From NCBI GenBank assembly GCA_977862235.1, contig OZ374564.1, positions 1,364,001 to 1,428,000 on the forward strand: DNA of 64,000 bases. The letters run 5' to 3'. A model generated the notes under the pieces. The model searched no databases. It was not told the origin of the DNA and was given only the letters and a program-made list of their open reading frames with translations. Positions 1 through 11,269 of the stretch are shown one piece after another (position 1 is the first letter of the stretch; each line of letters begins with the position of its first letter). The position numbers and the translations under genes were made by a program. This DNA is from Dudresnaya verticillata (Eukaryota).

Positions 1-563
1 TGACGAGGTGACGGCAGCGGGATCCACGGTGTGCACGCGGGTGGGCAACCGCGACAGAAGGTTTTGTCCAAGGAGTTGTGCGTCGCGGGGCGGGGCGGGG
101 GGGCGGGTGACGAGGCAGTCTGTATGCGGTCGCGTGCGGATTTGTGCACAGACGCGCACAGCACAGTGCACCCGTTGCACCAGAAAGCCGAAAACTGGTG
201 ACGGGGTAGTCTGCAGGCGGCGCCGAGCACGCGCGGGGCGGGCCAGATGGGCGATGCGGCGCGCATGCAGCGCGCGCGGCGAGGGGCATGCTGCGGGCCG
301 GCAATTTCCAATTTGGCCCAGTGCGGACCGCGGAGTGGGCCGCCCGGGCCAAATCGACGCAAGGAAATTGAAATTGAGAATACCTGGAAATATTTTGGGT
401 AAATTCACGCAAACCGCCATAACTTTCGAAGGAATGGTCCGTTAGCCAATCGGATTTGACCACCGTACTCAGCGGACGCTCCCCTTTCCAACGATACCAG
501 AAAATAGCTATTCAACTCCAGTCTGTTTAGAAAGTCGTATTCTGAAATCGCTCAAATGCGTGT
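1..563. repeat. Dispersed repeat, probably the end of a DNA transposon, that truncates the pol of element B
   Basis: 18..449 is a near-identical inverted copy of 45209..45642. At ~564 the sequence switches abruptly into gypsy pol (compare ~17840 in element A). No convincing ORF. Confidence 0.55.
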
Positions 564-2880
564 TAGGGGCGATATGAGCTTCGCTCTGAGCGTCTCATAT
601 GCCTCGAGCGCGTCGGCGCTTGGATTGTCGAAATCCACATCCGCGTCTTTGCGGGTCATGTTCGTCAGAAGACGTGAGATCTTCGCAAAGTTGCGCAAGA
701 AGCGGCGATAGACATAGCACGCTCCGAGGAACGACCTCACCTTCGTCAGGGAGGTCGGGAACTGCGCATCGCGGAAAGCGTCGCTGCTTGTCTGCGCCAT
801 GCGTAGCTTCCCCAGTTCGATGATGTGGCCTAGATAGCCAACGAGTGACTGAAAGAAGTGGCACTTCTTCAGTTTCAGGGATACTCCTCCCTTGTGCAAC
901 AGAGTCAGCACTTGGTATAGATGACCAACGTGCTCCGCGATCGACCGCTAGAAAATGATAACATCGTCTAGATATATCAGGAAACACTACCATCGGACGC
1001 CGCTGAGGATGATGTCCAGTGCGCGCTGGAAAGTCGCGGGGGCGTTCTTCAGCCCGAAAGGCATTCGCAAGTAGCGAAACGTCCCTAAGAATGACGTGAA
1101 TGTGTTGTTATCCCTGTCAGCCTCTGCGACAGGGATTTGCCAGTACCCCGTGTTGCAGTCCAACGTCGAGAAGACGGCTGCGTCGCCTAGACTGTCGATG
1201 CAGTCGTCCATCCTCGGTAGAGGGTACGCATCACTTAGCGTTTTCGTGTTGAGACGTCGATAGTCCACGCAAAACCTAAGTATGCCGTCCTTCTTGGGCA
1301 CCAGGACTACTGGACTACTGGTGATGCCCATTCCGAGGTGGCGGGCACGAAGCATGTTATCCACCTCGTCTTGCACCAGCTTGCGCATGGCAGGGCCCTG
1401 TCGGTAGGGCATTAACCGTATGGGGCGAGTGCCCCGTTCCACATCGATGTGGTGTCGGGTGACGGCAATAGTGCCCAGCCTCCCGTCCCACATGGACTGA
1501 TGCTTCCTGAGCATGGAGAGGACCTCCTTGCGGGTGACCTCGTCTTCGGTAGACGAGAGATCGACCTGCGCCTCCCAATCCTTGACGGACGGGTTGGCCT
1601 TCGCTGCGGCGGTAGCTGTGCCCTGCAGCGGCTGGGCGTCGGTGCCCTTCGCTGTCGACGGCGAGGTGGATGGTTCGACGGCATCCTGGTTGACCGGGGG
1701 CCTCTGCCACCGTGGTGGCAGGGTGGTGATATTCATCACCCGCCCGAACTCCTCCGCGACTTTGCGATCTGGAGGTATCAGCGCAACCGGGTTCCTAACC
1801 GCGTAGCCGACAATGGTACTCTTAGGCAGGGTCCGAGGCTTGTTGGTGAAGTTCCCGACGATGACCCCGAAAGGCCGCATCGACTCGACGTCGTGCACCC
1901 CGTTGGTAAGTCTCACGCCGTAGCGGAACTGCAACGAGGGTTTGGGTTGGGTGTGGATCAGCCCACTTGCTCCTGACGTCACGGAGACGAGCCTTTGGGA
2001 ATAGGCTGGGAGCACCATCTGCCTAGAGAGGCGGATGGTGTGGGTGTCGTGATCCCAGTCGAGGAGCTCCCTCTGGTGCCTAAACCCGTCGACGGGTTCT
2101 TCGGTTTCGATGCCGGCTTACTTTCCTCGGCAGGTCTACTGCGCTTGAGGAGGGGCACTGAGCCCCCGCGCCGGAGCGATAGGCGTTTAGATTCGACTTC
2201 GATGCCTCGCACGTGCGCGTTGAGGAACTCCGTTCCCACCAGGACGTCGACGGCCAAGGTGTCTGCCACTATGAATGGCACGCGGAACATCGTGTCGTCC
2301 AACCTCATCGAGAGGTGTGCCACCCCTGATAGGCTCAGTGGGGTCTTATCAGCCCCGGCGAGGCGAGGATTCGACTCCATCGCCGCCGCGTGCTAATCCC
2401 ATCCGGGTGGCAGTGCCCGCTTCGCGATGAGGATGTACCCGGAGCCGGTGTCTACCGCAATGGTGTGCGGTATCATTACCCCTGGGTCAGCGCCTAGCGA
2501 CCAAGACACGCGGTATATCTCCGAGGACAATAGTCACACATACCCGTCTGGGGTAGTGGCCGGCTCCGCGTCGACGCAGTGATCCATGGCACCTTCGCGT
2601 CGAGCAGAGGGAGCCTCAGGTTCCGTCGACGGACACCAACGCGCTCGGCGTCCTATCTGTCGCCTGCGTCGACGCCGCGGGGGCCAAGGTGGCCTGGAGC
2701 GCGTGGCTTTCGACGGCTCTTCGCGCAGGGGGCCCTCAGCGCTGCTTGGCGAGGGGGTCCTTCGTTGGTTGGGACTCGACGTCCCACCTGCCGTCGACGG
2801 CTTTGTGGAGGATGGTGGGTCTGGGGTAGAGAGAGACGGTGCGCGCGACCGCACGAACGGCGCCGCCTTTACTCTTTTCC
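564..2880 (-). pseudogene. Degenerate pol (protease, RT) of element B
   Basis: RT motifs [11 protein letters not shown] and MPFGLKNAPATFQR, then RSFLGAC. Several stops and frameshifts relative to A; cut off before RNase H. Confidence 0.9.
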
Positions 2881-4250
2881 GGTTCGATCCGGTCAAAAGT
2901 ATTTTCAGAATCCGAGCTATCTTCCTCGGATCCCATTGGCTGGCTAGATGCCTGGCCTGCGCCTCGCGTCGATCACGGCGGCGTGTCAAAAATAAACGGC
3001 GAGGCCGCGCGGCACTGCCGTGAGCTGGGAAATCGTCGTCTTCAGGCGAATAGTCGGATGACCCTCCGTCACTTGACGAGTCCAACGATAACGAGGACGA
3101 GTCTCCACGTCGATGATGGTTCTTCTTTCGTCCATGATGCAGCTTACGAAGGCGTCTCTTCCGATCCTTACGCCGTGGACGGTCTTCGCAAGAGCTCTCG
3201 TCACCAGACGGTGGGTGGGTATGCCACTTGGCGGTTTCAAGGAGCTTCAAGCGTGTCGCCAGTCGCTGAAAGCGTCCGCGAGAACTAAGTTCAGACCGCG
3301 AGTGTACCGTTACCGCTGTACCTTAGGCGGCGTTTTGGTTCGTCAATAGACAGTTGAGATCGGAGCGGAGTCCTTGTAGGGCGCCGTCCCGGTCTTCCTC
3401 CAACGTCTTGAGACGACTAAAAATTCTTCCGACACTGTCGTCCAGAATGTCGGCAAACCCAGCGAGCAAGGCATCGTCTTCCAGGACGCACACCTCTCGG
3501 ATCCGTTCGCGTGGTATCGTTAAGTTACTCACGCGGACGGCCGAGGGTGACGCCGTTGGCGGTTGTTGGCTTTCGGGGGTTGACCGCTTGGGCGTTCCCC
3601 CAGCGCTTCTGCTTGGAGAATTCGGCTTAGCCGGTAAACATCCGGCACTATCGTAGGGGGTGGGGCAACATGCCCCAGGTGTCAATCGGTCGTCACCGGC
3701 GTTGCGCTCCGCGGAGCGCCCCTGTTCGTCATTGACGGGGATGGTTGGTTGTTTGTCCGGAAGTTCCGGTTGTTCCTCTACGATGTCGGCTTGTCTTCCG
3801 CCTACGGCGCGCTGTTGCTCGGCTTGCACTGTGTCAGCCGAGTCAACGTACGAGCGGGAGGTGCAGAGGTTCGATCCTTCGGGTACTAAGGTGCGGACGA
3901 CAACAGGGATCCGCATCGGCGGAGGAGGTAACTCTCCCTCGTTGTGCGAGGCGTGGGAGCCTGCGTGACCGTGGCCTTAGAGAGGCGTCGGAAAGCCGGA
4001 CGCGATCTCCGGGCTCGCGAGGCGCCCCGACCGTGTTTCATCCGTGGGTGCGATCGCATCGACGCGGGAATACTCCCTGGCATCGATGACGGTCGTCTTA
4101 AACTTGGGCTTCTCACCGTCGGTGGTTTAGAGGCCGTAATACAATCGTAGATCTGTTTGAACATCGCGGACGATTAGCGACGACATCAGACGACGGGCTG
4201 TCGGACGTCGCACGACGGTAGAACTCGTTGTAGCGTAGAACCCTTCTCGA

Positions 4251-4261
4251 TCGGGAGACCA
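4251..4261 (-). promoter_or_regulatory. Primer-binding site TGGTCTCCCGA (tRNA-Tyr candidate)
   Basis: Lies 2 nt inside the 5' LTR; the same 11-mer occurs in element A. Confidence 0.75.
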
Positions 4262-4263
4262 GA

Positions 4264-5159
4264 TGTGGCGGAAACCGTCTAGAGACGAGTAGTATCTCCG
4301 GATAGTTCGATCCCGGTCGGTAGCACGGTGGTAGCGAGGGTGTGGTAGAGCGTGGGAAACGCGCCGAGGGCGGACTGTAAACGCCCTGGGCGGTAAAGGT
4401 AGAAACAAAGCAACAAAGAAAAAGGGAAAAAGAGAGAGAGATGCGTCTGGAACGTAGTTTGCCGCGGAAGCGCCGGCGGAGCTGTGCAGTTGCCTTCGTT
4501 GGTAACGAGAAGTACCCACTAGCGAAGGGGCTTCAGGCCCAGGCCGGCTTGCCGGGATTTATGCAACGTCCCAGACGGGTTACCTAATATACTATCGCTA
4601 CGATGCGGGCGGCGGCGGCGAAGCGTGGCGCGCGGGAACGCGGGACGCGTGTCACACCACCGCCCGTCTGACACGTCTTTGTAGTCATGCAGCCGCGTAC
4701 CCGCGGGTAAGGAGTAGCTTACAGGCGTGGGCATGCATAACGAGTAGCTTGCAGGCGCGCGCGTACCGGTAGAGGTGATCCGGATCCGGATCCCGATCCC
4801 TGCCAGTATTGCTGGCGCGTGGTCATTGCAGGTGCACGCCTTACATTGTAACGGATCCAGATGGGTAATCCCGATGTCCGATCCAGATCCGTGGAGACAA
4901 GATCCAATCCGAATCTGGGCCATACTTAAAGATGCGCGCCTTACACCTCCTGGATCCCGATGGGTGATCCGGATACGTGCCGCGCCGGGCGTACAGTGCT
5001 TGAGCCGCGATGTTCGTGCACGATTGGGGCGTCTGTACGTCGTTGGGCCGACCGTCTGTGACGTGCTCGCGCGCTCCAACCGCGGTTGGTACTGCCCGTC
5101 GGTCGACGGCTTATTACACGCTCAGAACGAAAAATGGGCTCATCACCCCTTGCACCACA
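4264..5159 (-). repeat. 5' LTR of element B (~896 bp)
   Basis: TGTGG...CCACA termini, adjacent PBS, and homology to the inverted LTR at 30678..31434. Confidence 0.8.
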
Positions 5160-5171
5160 CCGAACGCAAGG

Positions 5172-5657
5172 TGTAAGGGCGTAGTAGGTTGGTTGGAGGT
5201 GCAGTGCGGCCGGCGAAAGGATAAGAAACTGGGACACGGGGGCCGGAATAGTGAGACGGTGCTGCCTTTCTGCTCAGTCGGTTCGCCGAGAGAGGGCTGC
5301 CTTAATTGTCTGGGGTCCCTATGGTACAGGGACACGGGGATAAGCCCCGTTTTATATCGCTACACCCGCGTGGGTGGTGAGCGGCCGACGTCAGACGCGG
5401 AACGACCGCGAGAATTGCATACGCCGATATACGGCGACTTCCATGCGCCCGCACGCGTATGCCGCTCGCGCGAGATCCAACCAATAGGCTGCTCGCCCTT
5501 GGCACAGCAGGCACGCCTCGGTACAGTACGCGCCACCAACACACACGGGATACACGTACAGACGTGTACACGCGTACACGCGTGCCGAATATATCCGAGG
5601 GAGTCCTCGACCGGGTGCGCGCCAGCAATGCGCACCCTTAGTTGACACTGATTTACA
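5172..5657. repeat. LTR-like segment
   Basis: TGTAA...TTACA termini and TATAAAA on the minus strand near 5350. No partner LTR or TSD found. Confidence 0.4.
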
Positions 5658-6479
5658 GTTTGGTAGTAGTATTTCTACGCTAGATATTTTTGCGGGAAAT
5701 TTGAGTTAGCTCGCGGTGCGCACGCATTCCAAGTGTCCGGCGCACAGCGCCAGACACGGCGTGCGCACCTCCCGCAAGGTTACTTAGTATACGGGGTGAA
5801 CCCCCCTGACAGTAAAGCGCCAAGCAGGCCTAGGAGCTTGAGGATACCCCCGCCTTCGCACCCGGTGATACTACCGCTACCGAACCGGGCTACGTAAGCC
5901 GTTCCAGCGCCTGTTGTTGCTTATTCTGCCCAGTGGGCGCTTTAAATATCATGAAGCCTCTTTGAATCGTCCAACATCAGCGCTTTCATCTTTTCTTGCT
6001 GTACAGCAATGGTAGAATATGCTTGCGGAAGCCTTTTGACTTCAGTACCACTGTCCGGTGTGCCTGCATTGGGTTTCGTGCCGCGCACACTTCCACATTT
6101 CGACTTCTGTACAGAAGTCGTTGTCTCACACCAGTTTTCGTCGGACTCATCTGCATCCTGTTCATCCGATGGAACGGTACGCGCAGTATACCTCCAAGAC
6201 AATCTTGGGTCCTCCTCCGCCTCATACGCCGCTCCTGAATCTCTTCCGCGCGAGCACTTTTTTAGTTCAACGGTACCGTTGACTTGGTCGGAGGTGTTCG
6301 CGTCCTCCTCGAAGACCCGAATGATGTAGTCGCAATGGAATGCGACATTAGCACAGCTGGAGAAGGCCAGGGAATCTCGTGAAATCTTCCCTGCACAGAA
6401 CCCAACTTCCGACGACTCGTCGGAAGTTGGGTTCTCTGTGTCTGCACATAGTATGTTCGACCGTCCAGAAGCAAGGCGA

Positions 6480-9400
6480 GGGCGAGAAGACCTATGGGGT
6501 GCGGCTGGCCGGGACATGTATTCGTTGCGGTAACGTGTCTCCCGACTGGGAGAAGATGACCCCACGTTCACCGGGCAAGGCTCGGATGGCAGGACCGAGG
6601 TCCGCTACGTCAAGACGCGCGACGGCAGCTGGTATGCCACCAATGTTATGCTCGCGGGCATATCGCGCCGGACTGCTTCCTCCGCATGAGCGACTTCATA
6701 AAGGTTATTACCAACTATGAAGGACTAACCAACGCCGAGAAGGCTTGTGTCGCCGCTGATGCGTATGTCCTTTGTAAGGAACGCGCAACTCGCGATGCTG
6801 CCCGCCGCGCTGCACGACCGCGATCGCCACAAGGCGGACCCATTCCGCAAGCGATAGAACGTCACCTGACGATGATCAATCGCTACGTAGCGCCACAACC
6901 ACCGCCAGAGGCGAAAAACCAACTCGGGCACCAAATCCTGACACTGGAGTGTCGCACCGGGAAGAGAGGCCTAGGCCTCGGGTGCTGACACGGAAGGAGG
7001 GCCCGACCTTAGTTAATGATGACGCCAACGGGCGGATAGAGTCGTCTCAGACGTCATTAAAACGCCCATGGAGAAGGTACCAGCCCACCAGGCGCGGGGA
7101 CAGTTGTTCGTAATGGCCAAGAGGAACTACAAGATGTACACCGACTTGGGCGCAACCGTTAGTACCTTGGCACATAAACGCACTGTCCTGGAGACGGGGG
7201 CTGGTCCGAATTTCATTCGCATTGACGACATTTCGCTGGAAACGCGATCACGTATTGTGGCAAAGAGCCTCCCCGTCATAGCCGACGCCCATAACAAGGC
7301 GATCCAGACAAGAAGTACCATCGACCTGGCGTCTGGGACGGCCGGTTGTAAAGATGGAACTAAGCATTTGTGAACGGCTCTCTGCGCCGGTTACACTCGG
7401 TTGCGATTTTTGAGACCGGTTTGTAGAAGCGATTTATCCGCGAAGTCGCGAGGTTGAATTGGATGACGGGAATCGTGTCCCTATAACACGCCGTCCCCTT
7501 CGCCGACCCCCGTCGTATCCTCCGTTACCAACGAAACAGGAATACGGCAATGCCGGAGGAAGGACGTCGCCCAAGATACGAGTTACGGAGCGTGCGATCA
7601 TCCCGCCCCAGGCGCAGCAATGGATATCGGTGGCCATCGAACGCGACGGCGTCATTATATTTCAACCGTTTGGAACGCTGTACCACAAACAAGGTTTGGC
7701 CGTTACGAACGGAATCGCTCAAGTGGAGCCGCTAAAAGCGTTTCACATTTTCGTTGCCAAATTGTCCCCTCGCCGGCAGGCACTGGCCATGGGCCAAGTC
7801 GTCGCGACGACGTTGCCACATCCGGCAGCAGTGTTCCCCATTTACGTAAGTCTAGCCGATGTTTTGTGCCTCACCGAGGAACAGGCAGAGGAGGAGAAGG
7901 CAAACCAAGATTTCCGTTTTCAAACGAATGATGACATCACGGCACAGACGTATACCTTCACGAAGTCTATCGAGGCAACCATTGCCAAGCCTCCGTCACT
8001 AGACGATTTGGACCTGGGGCATCTCCGTGCCGAACATCAAGTCCGGCTGAAGGATATGTTACGCAAATACGCGTCAATGTGGGACGGTTCATTGGGAAAA
8101 TCTCAACCACGGAGCACTGCCCGCGTGAGACCACCTTAAACAACCAGTAAACGTTCACCATCACTACATCGATTTTCTTCCCAGCTCTAAACCGATATCG
8201 TACCCCCCTTATCGAGCTGGGCCAAAGCAAAGACAATTCGCTCAAGCGGAAGTGGACCGCATGCTGCGTCAAGGGGCCATCGAACCTGCAAAATCGTGGT
8301 GGGCGTCACCAGTGGTCTTTTCCCCAAGAAGTACGGGACCCCCCGCTTTTGCGTAGACTATCGCCGTTTAAACGCAGTAACCGTACGGGATACGTACCCG
8401 CTTCCGCATATCGACGAGTGAATTGATAGTCTAGGGGAGGAAAACGTGTTCACCACCCTAGACTGTAACAGTGGGTACTGGCAGGTGCAAATAAAGCCGC
8501 GAGACCGCGATAAGAATTCTTTCACGTGCCATGCCGGACTGTTCCGCTATAAGCGTATGCCTTTCGGTCTCACGAACGCACCCGCTACGTTTCAACGGAT
8601 GCTTGACATCTACGCGCTGGTTACAAGTAGCGTTCATGCCTCGTCTACCTTGACGACATAATCGCGTAATCAATCTTCTTAAGCGACATCGAAAGCCATT
8701 TACGTCACGTTGAAGAGATCGTATCGACCCTACATCGAGCCGGGGTGACTTTGAAGTTGAAGAAATGTGACTTCTTCACTCCGACCGTCAACTAATTGGG
8801 TCATATCGTACGTACAGGACGACTGGAAGTCGATCGAACTGTCACTGCCGCACTGCGCGAGGCCAAGCATCCACGGGATCAGAAGGAGCTACGGAGCTTT
8901 CTCGGCCTGTGTAACGTCTACAGACGGTTCGTATCGCAATACGCGCACGTCAACGCACCCCTCAACACGTTTTGAGGAACGAACGAGACTTCCGCTTGTC
9001 ACCATTTAATGAGGCACACGCCAAAGCATTCAGCACACTCGTAAAGGCTGTGAGCAACCCGCCCATTCTGGCGTAATCACAACAGGGCCTACCCTACTCT
9101 GTTGATTATGACGCTAGCGTGTATCAAGTCGGCTGCGCTCTCTTTCAAACGCAGCCGGACGGGGAGCGGAAGCCACTCGGCTTCTGGTCTCTATCCTTCA
9201 CCGCTGCAGAGCGTAACTACTCGGTCTCTGAGAAGCAGTGCCTCGCATTATTATGGTCCGTCATAACGTTTCGACCTTACCTCCAGATGGAGTCAGTCAC
9301 CGTTCACACCGATCATTCGTCGTTGAGGTGGCTAAGCGACCTCTCTGGACGGTTAATGCGGTAGCGACTTCGCCTTTCCGAGTTCGACTTCGTCGTGAAA

Positions 9401-10102
9401 TACAAAAAGGGGTACCTGAATACTCAGGCAGATGCAATTTCGCGTGTAAAGATGAAGGGGAAACCGTCAAACCAATTGACGATGATACACCATGCTATCC
9501 TGAAAGTTACGTCAAAGACGGACACAACACGTCGGAAGATGATTTGTCAGACGCCGAAGGCGAGGTCGACTTCTCCGAACGAGAGTTCCAATCGTTCGAC
9601 CAAGTGTTGATCAACAACACGCCACAGGCGGATAAGGTACTCCCGCGTCAAGTGACGCACGAAGAGTTGGTACGTGCTCAAGGCAATGACCAATAGTGTT
9701 CAGAAATCCGGAAACGTCTGAACGGCGGGAGCTCCTTACCGTTCGCAACTGAGGAACAGGGCCTGTTGGTCCGAACAATGGAAGTCCACACACAAGTAGT
9801 CGTACCATCCGCGTTAAGCTCTCGCTTACTCCACCTCTGGCACCTCGCCAAGTTGGCGGGGCACCCAGGGGGGCGGAAGTTATATCATACGCTTCAAAGC
9901 GAATATTATTGGCCATCGATGCCAGTTGACTGTTACGCGACCGTCCGGAACTGCGTCACTTGCGCTAAGAACCGTATACTGTTGCGAAGCCTCTCGAGTT
10001 CGTGTCGATCGACATCCTGGGCGAGCTCATACGCACGAAGCGGGGAAATGGGTTCCTACCCGTCATCGTGGACCGCTTTTCGAAGCTGTTCCGGACGGTT
10101 CC
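6480..10102 (+). pseudogene. gag C-terminus and pol (PR, RT, RNase H, IN N-terminus) of element C
   Basis: ETGAGPNFI (degenerate protease), LDCNSGYWQV...MPFGLTNAPATFQR, ERNYS...TDHSSL, HLAKLAGHPG...CVTC. Many stops and frameshifts. Confidence 0.9.
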
Positions 10103-10937
10103 TGTGGCATAGACGTCAGGTCGAACTGACGTCTAGCTGCGCTGGTCGATCAGTCGCACCCAGACCCGTCGAAGGGTGGTAGCTGGTGGTAGAGCGGTGG
10201 TGTCGGCCGCGCGCGCCGTCGACGGTCGCGGATCAACGGCGTCGAAGCCTGAGCGCGCACGGGGCGTACTGTACGCGGGCGGCAGCGGCCGGATCCCTGC
10301 GTCCCCGTCGTGGGGCGGCACGAAGCCGACGGTAGGGAAAGGAAAAGGAAAGCCTAGATGGCTAGGGAAAGAGGGAATCCGTAGGGCGAAGGACTGGGAA
10401 AGAAACCCAAAGCAGAAAGGGCAAGCCTGGCGTAGGCTGGCTTGCCTGGTTTACTGAAGCCTAGAGGGGCGACTACTAGATATACTACAGGGCCTGCGGC
10501 GGCACCAACCCGGGAGGTGCGCCGGCGCGCCCCAACACGCGTCGACGCGTACGGGTAACGGTAACCCGGGGGCGCGCGTAGGCGGAACGGTCCACACGTA
10601 CTCAACGGCTCGACGCCGGAGTGCGCGCGCGCGTGTCACGCACTCAACGGCTCTGCGCCGGAGTGCGTGCGCACAGCGCGCGGGACAGCACGGCGTTCGA
10701 CCGCCGCTTACACTAGAGGGTGCTGTACACTTACAAAACAATAAACGTAGAAATTACATGGGCGTTTCAGTGTCACACGCGAACGCGTGTACACGTGGGC
10801 GCCACTGCGCACTCCCTTACAGTTCAGCGGGGCTTCGGCGCCACCGGCTGACAGCGTGCCCACAGCAGTGCACACGTGGCGCAGCTGGTCTTACAGCTGC
10901 GCGTGCGTGGCACAGCTGGTCTTACAGCTATGCCACA
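10103..10937 (-). repeat. 3' LTR of element A
   Basis: Direct repeat of 22645..23479 with 10-bp inverted termini; adjacent PPT. Confidence 0.97.
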
Positions 10938-10951
10938 CAATCCCCCCTCAA
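10938..10951 (-). promoter_or_regulatory. Polypurine tract of element A
   Basis: TTGAGGGGGGATTG immediately before the 3' LTR on the minus strand. Confidence 0.9.
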
Positions 10952-11269
10952 GCGCGAACGTCTCGGTCGCGACCGTTACAACGCGCACGCTGTAGGGTGG
11001 TCAAGACGGCGCCCGGGATTGGCCAGCGGGCTCCCGGGCGTCCGTCGGTGACGTGCGTCGATGCCACGTCGGGTGTGCCCGCGCTGAGCCGCGACGGGCT
11101 ATTTAGGGAGCCGCCTCTGCGGCTCCGAGGGGTGGGTGGTCTGGTCATCGCTCACCAAGACCACCAACACTCCCTCCCCCACGCGTACAGCTGCCTGTCG
11201 ACCAGTGCCATACGCTCGAAGCTTTCGACGCTCTCAACTTCCTCCCCCATCGCCAGCGTCGACGCGGCG

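Larger units (their letters stand above)
564..5159 (-). mobile_element. Ty3/gypsy element B: 3'-truncated and chimeric (own LTR, PBS and 5' gag; family-A pol)
   Basis: 564..~2992 aligns by eye to element A ~17840..20280. Upstream sequence and LTR 4264..5159 differ from A. PBS at 4251..4261. Confidence 0.85.

Noticed and set aside
8..445. 145-aa ORF, repeated at 45213..45650
   Set aside because: Arg/Gly-rich GC artefact; the conservation just reflects recent repeat duplication.
5661..5675. TGGTAGTAGT as the PBS of element C
   Set aside because: Poor tRNA match. The adjacent LTR-like segment seems minus-oriented, and unrelated DNA separates it from the C gag.
5942..6571. 209-aa minus-strand ORF
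   Set aside because: No recognisable domain, and it spans the junction into element C.
10133..10741. ORFs within family-A LTRs, repeated at 22.7 and 43.9 kb
   Set aside because: They recur only because the LTRs are repeats, and they have no protein-like features.
10787..11269. Longer 5' start of the antisense ORF
   Set aside because: It begins inside the LTR upstream of the TATA-like box; the ATG at 11270 is the one conserved in all four copies.
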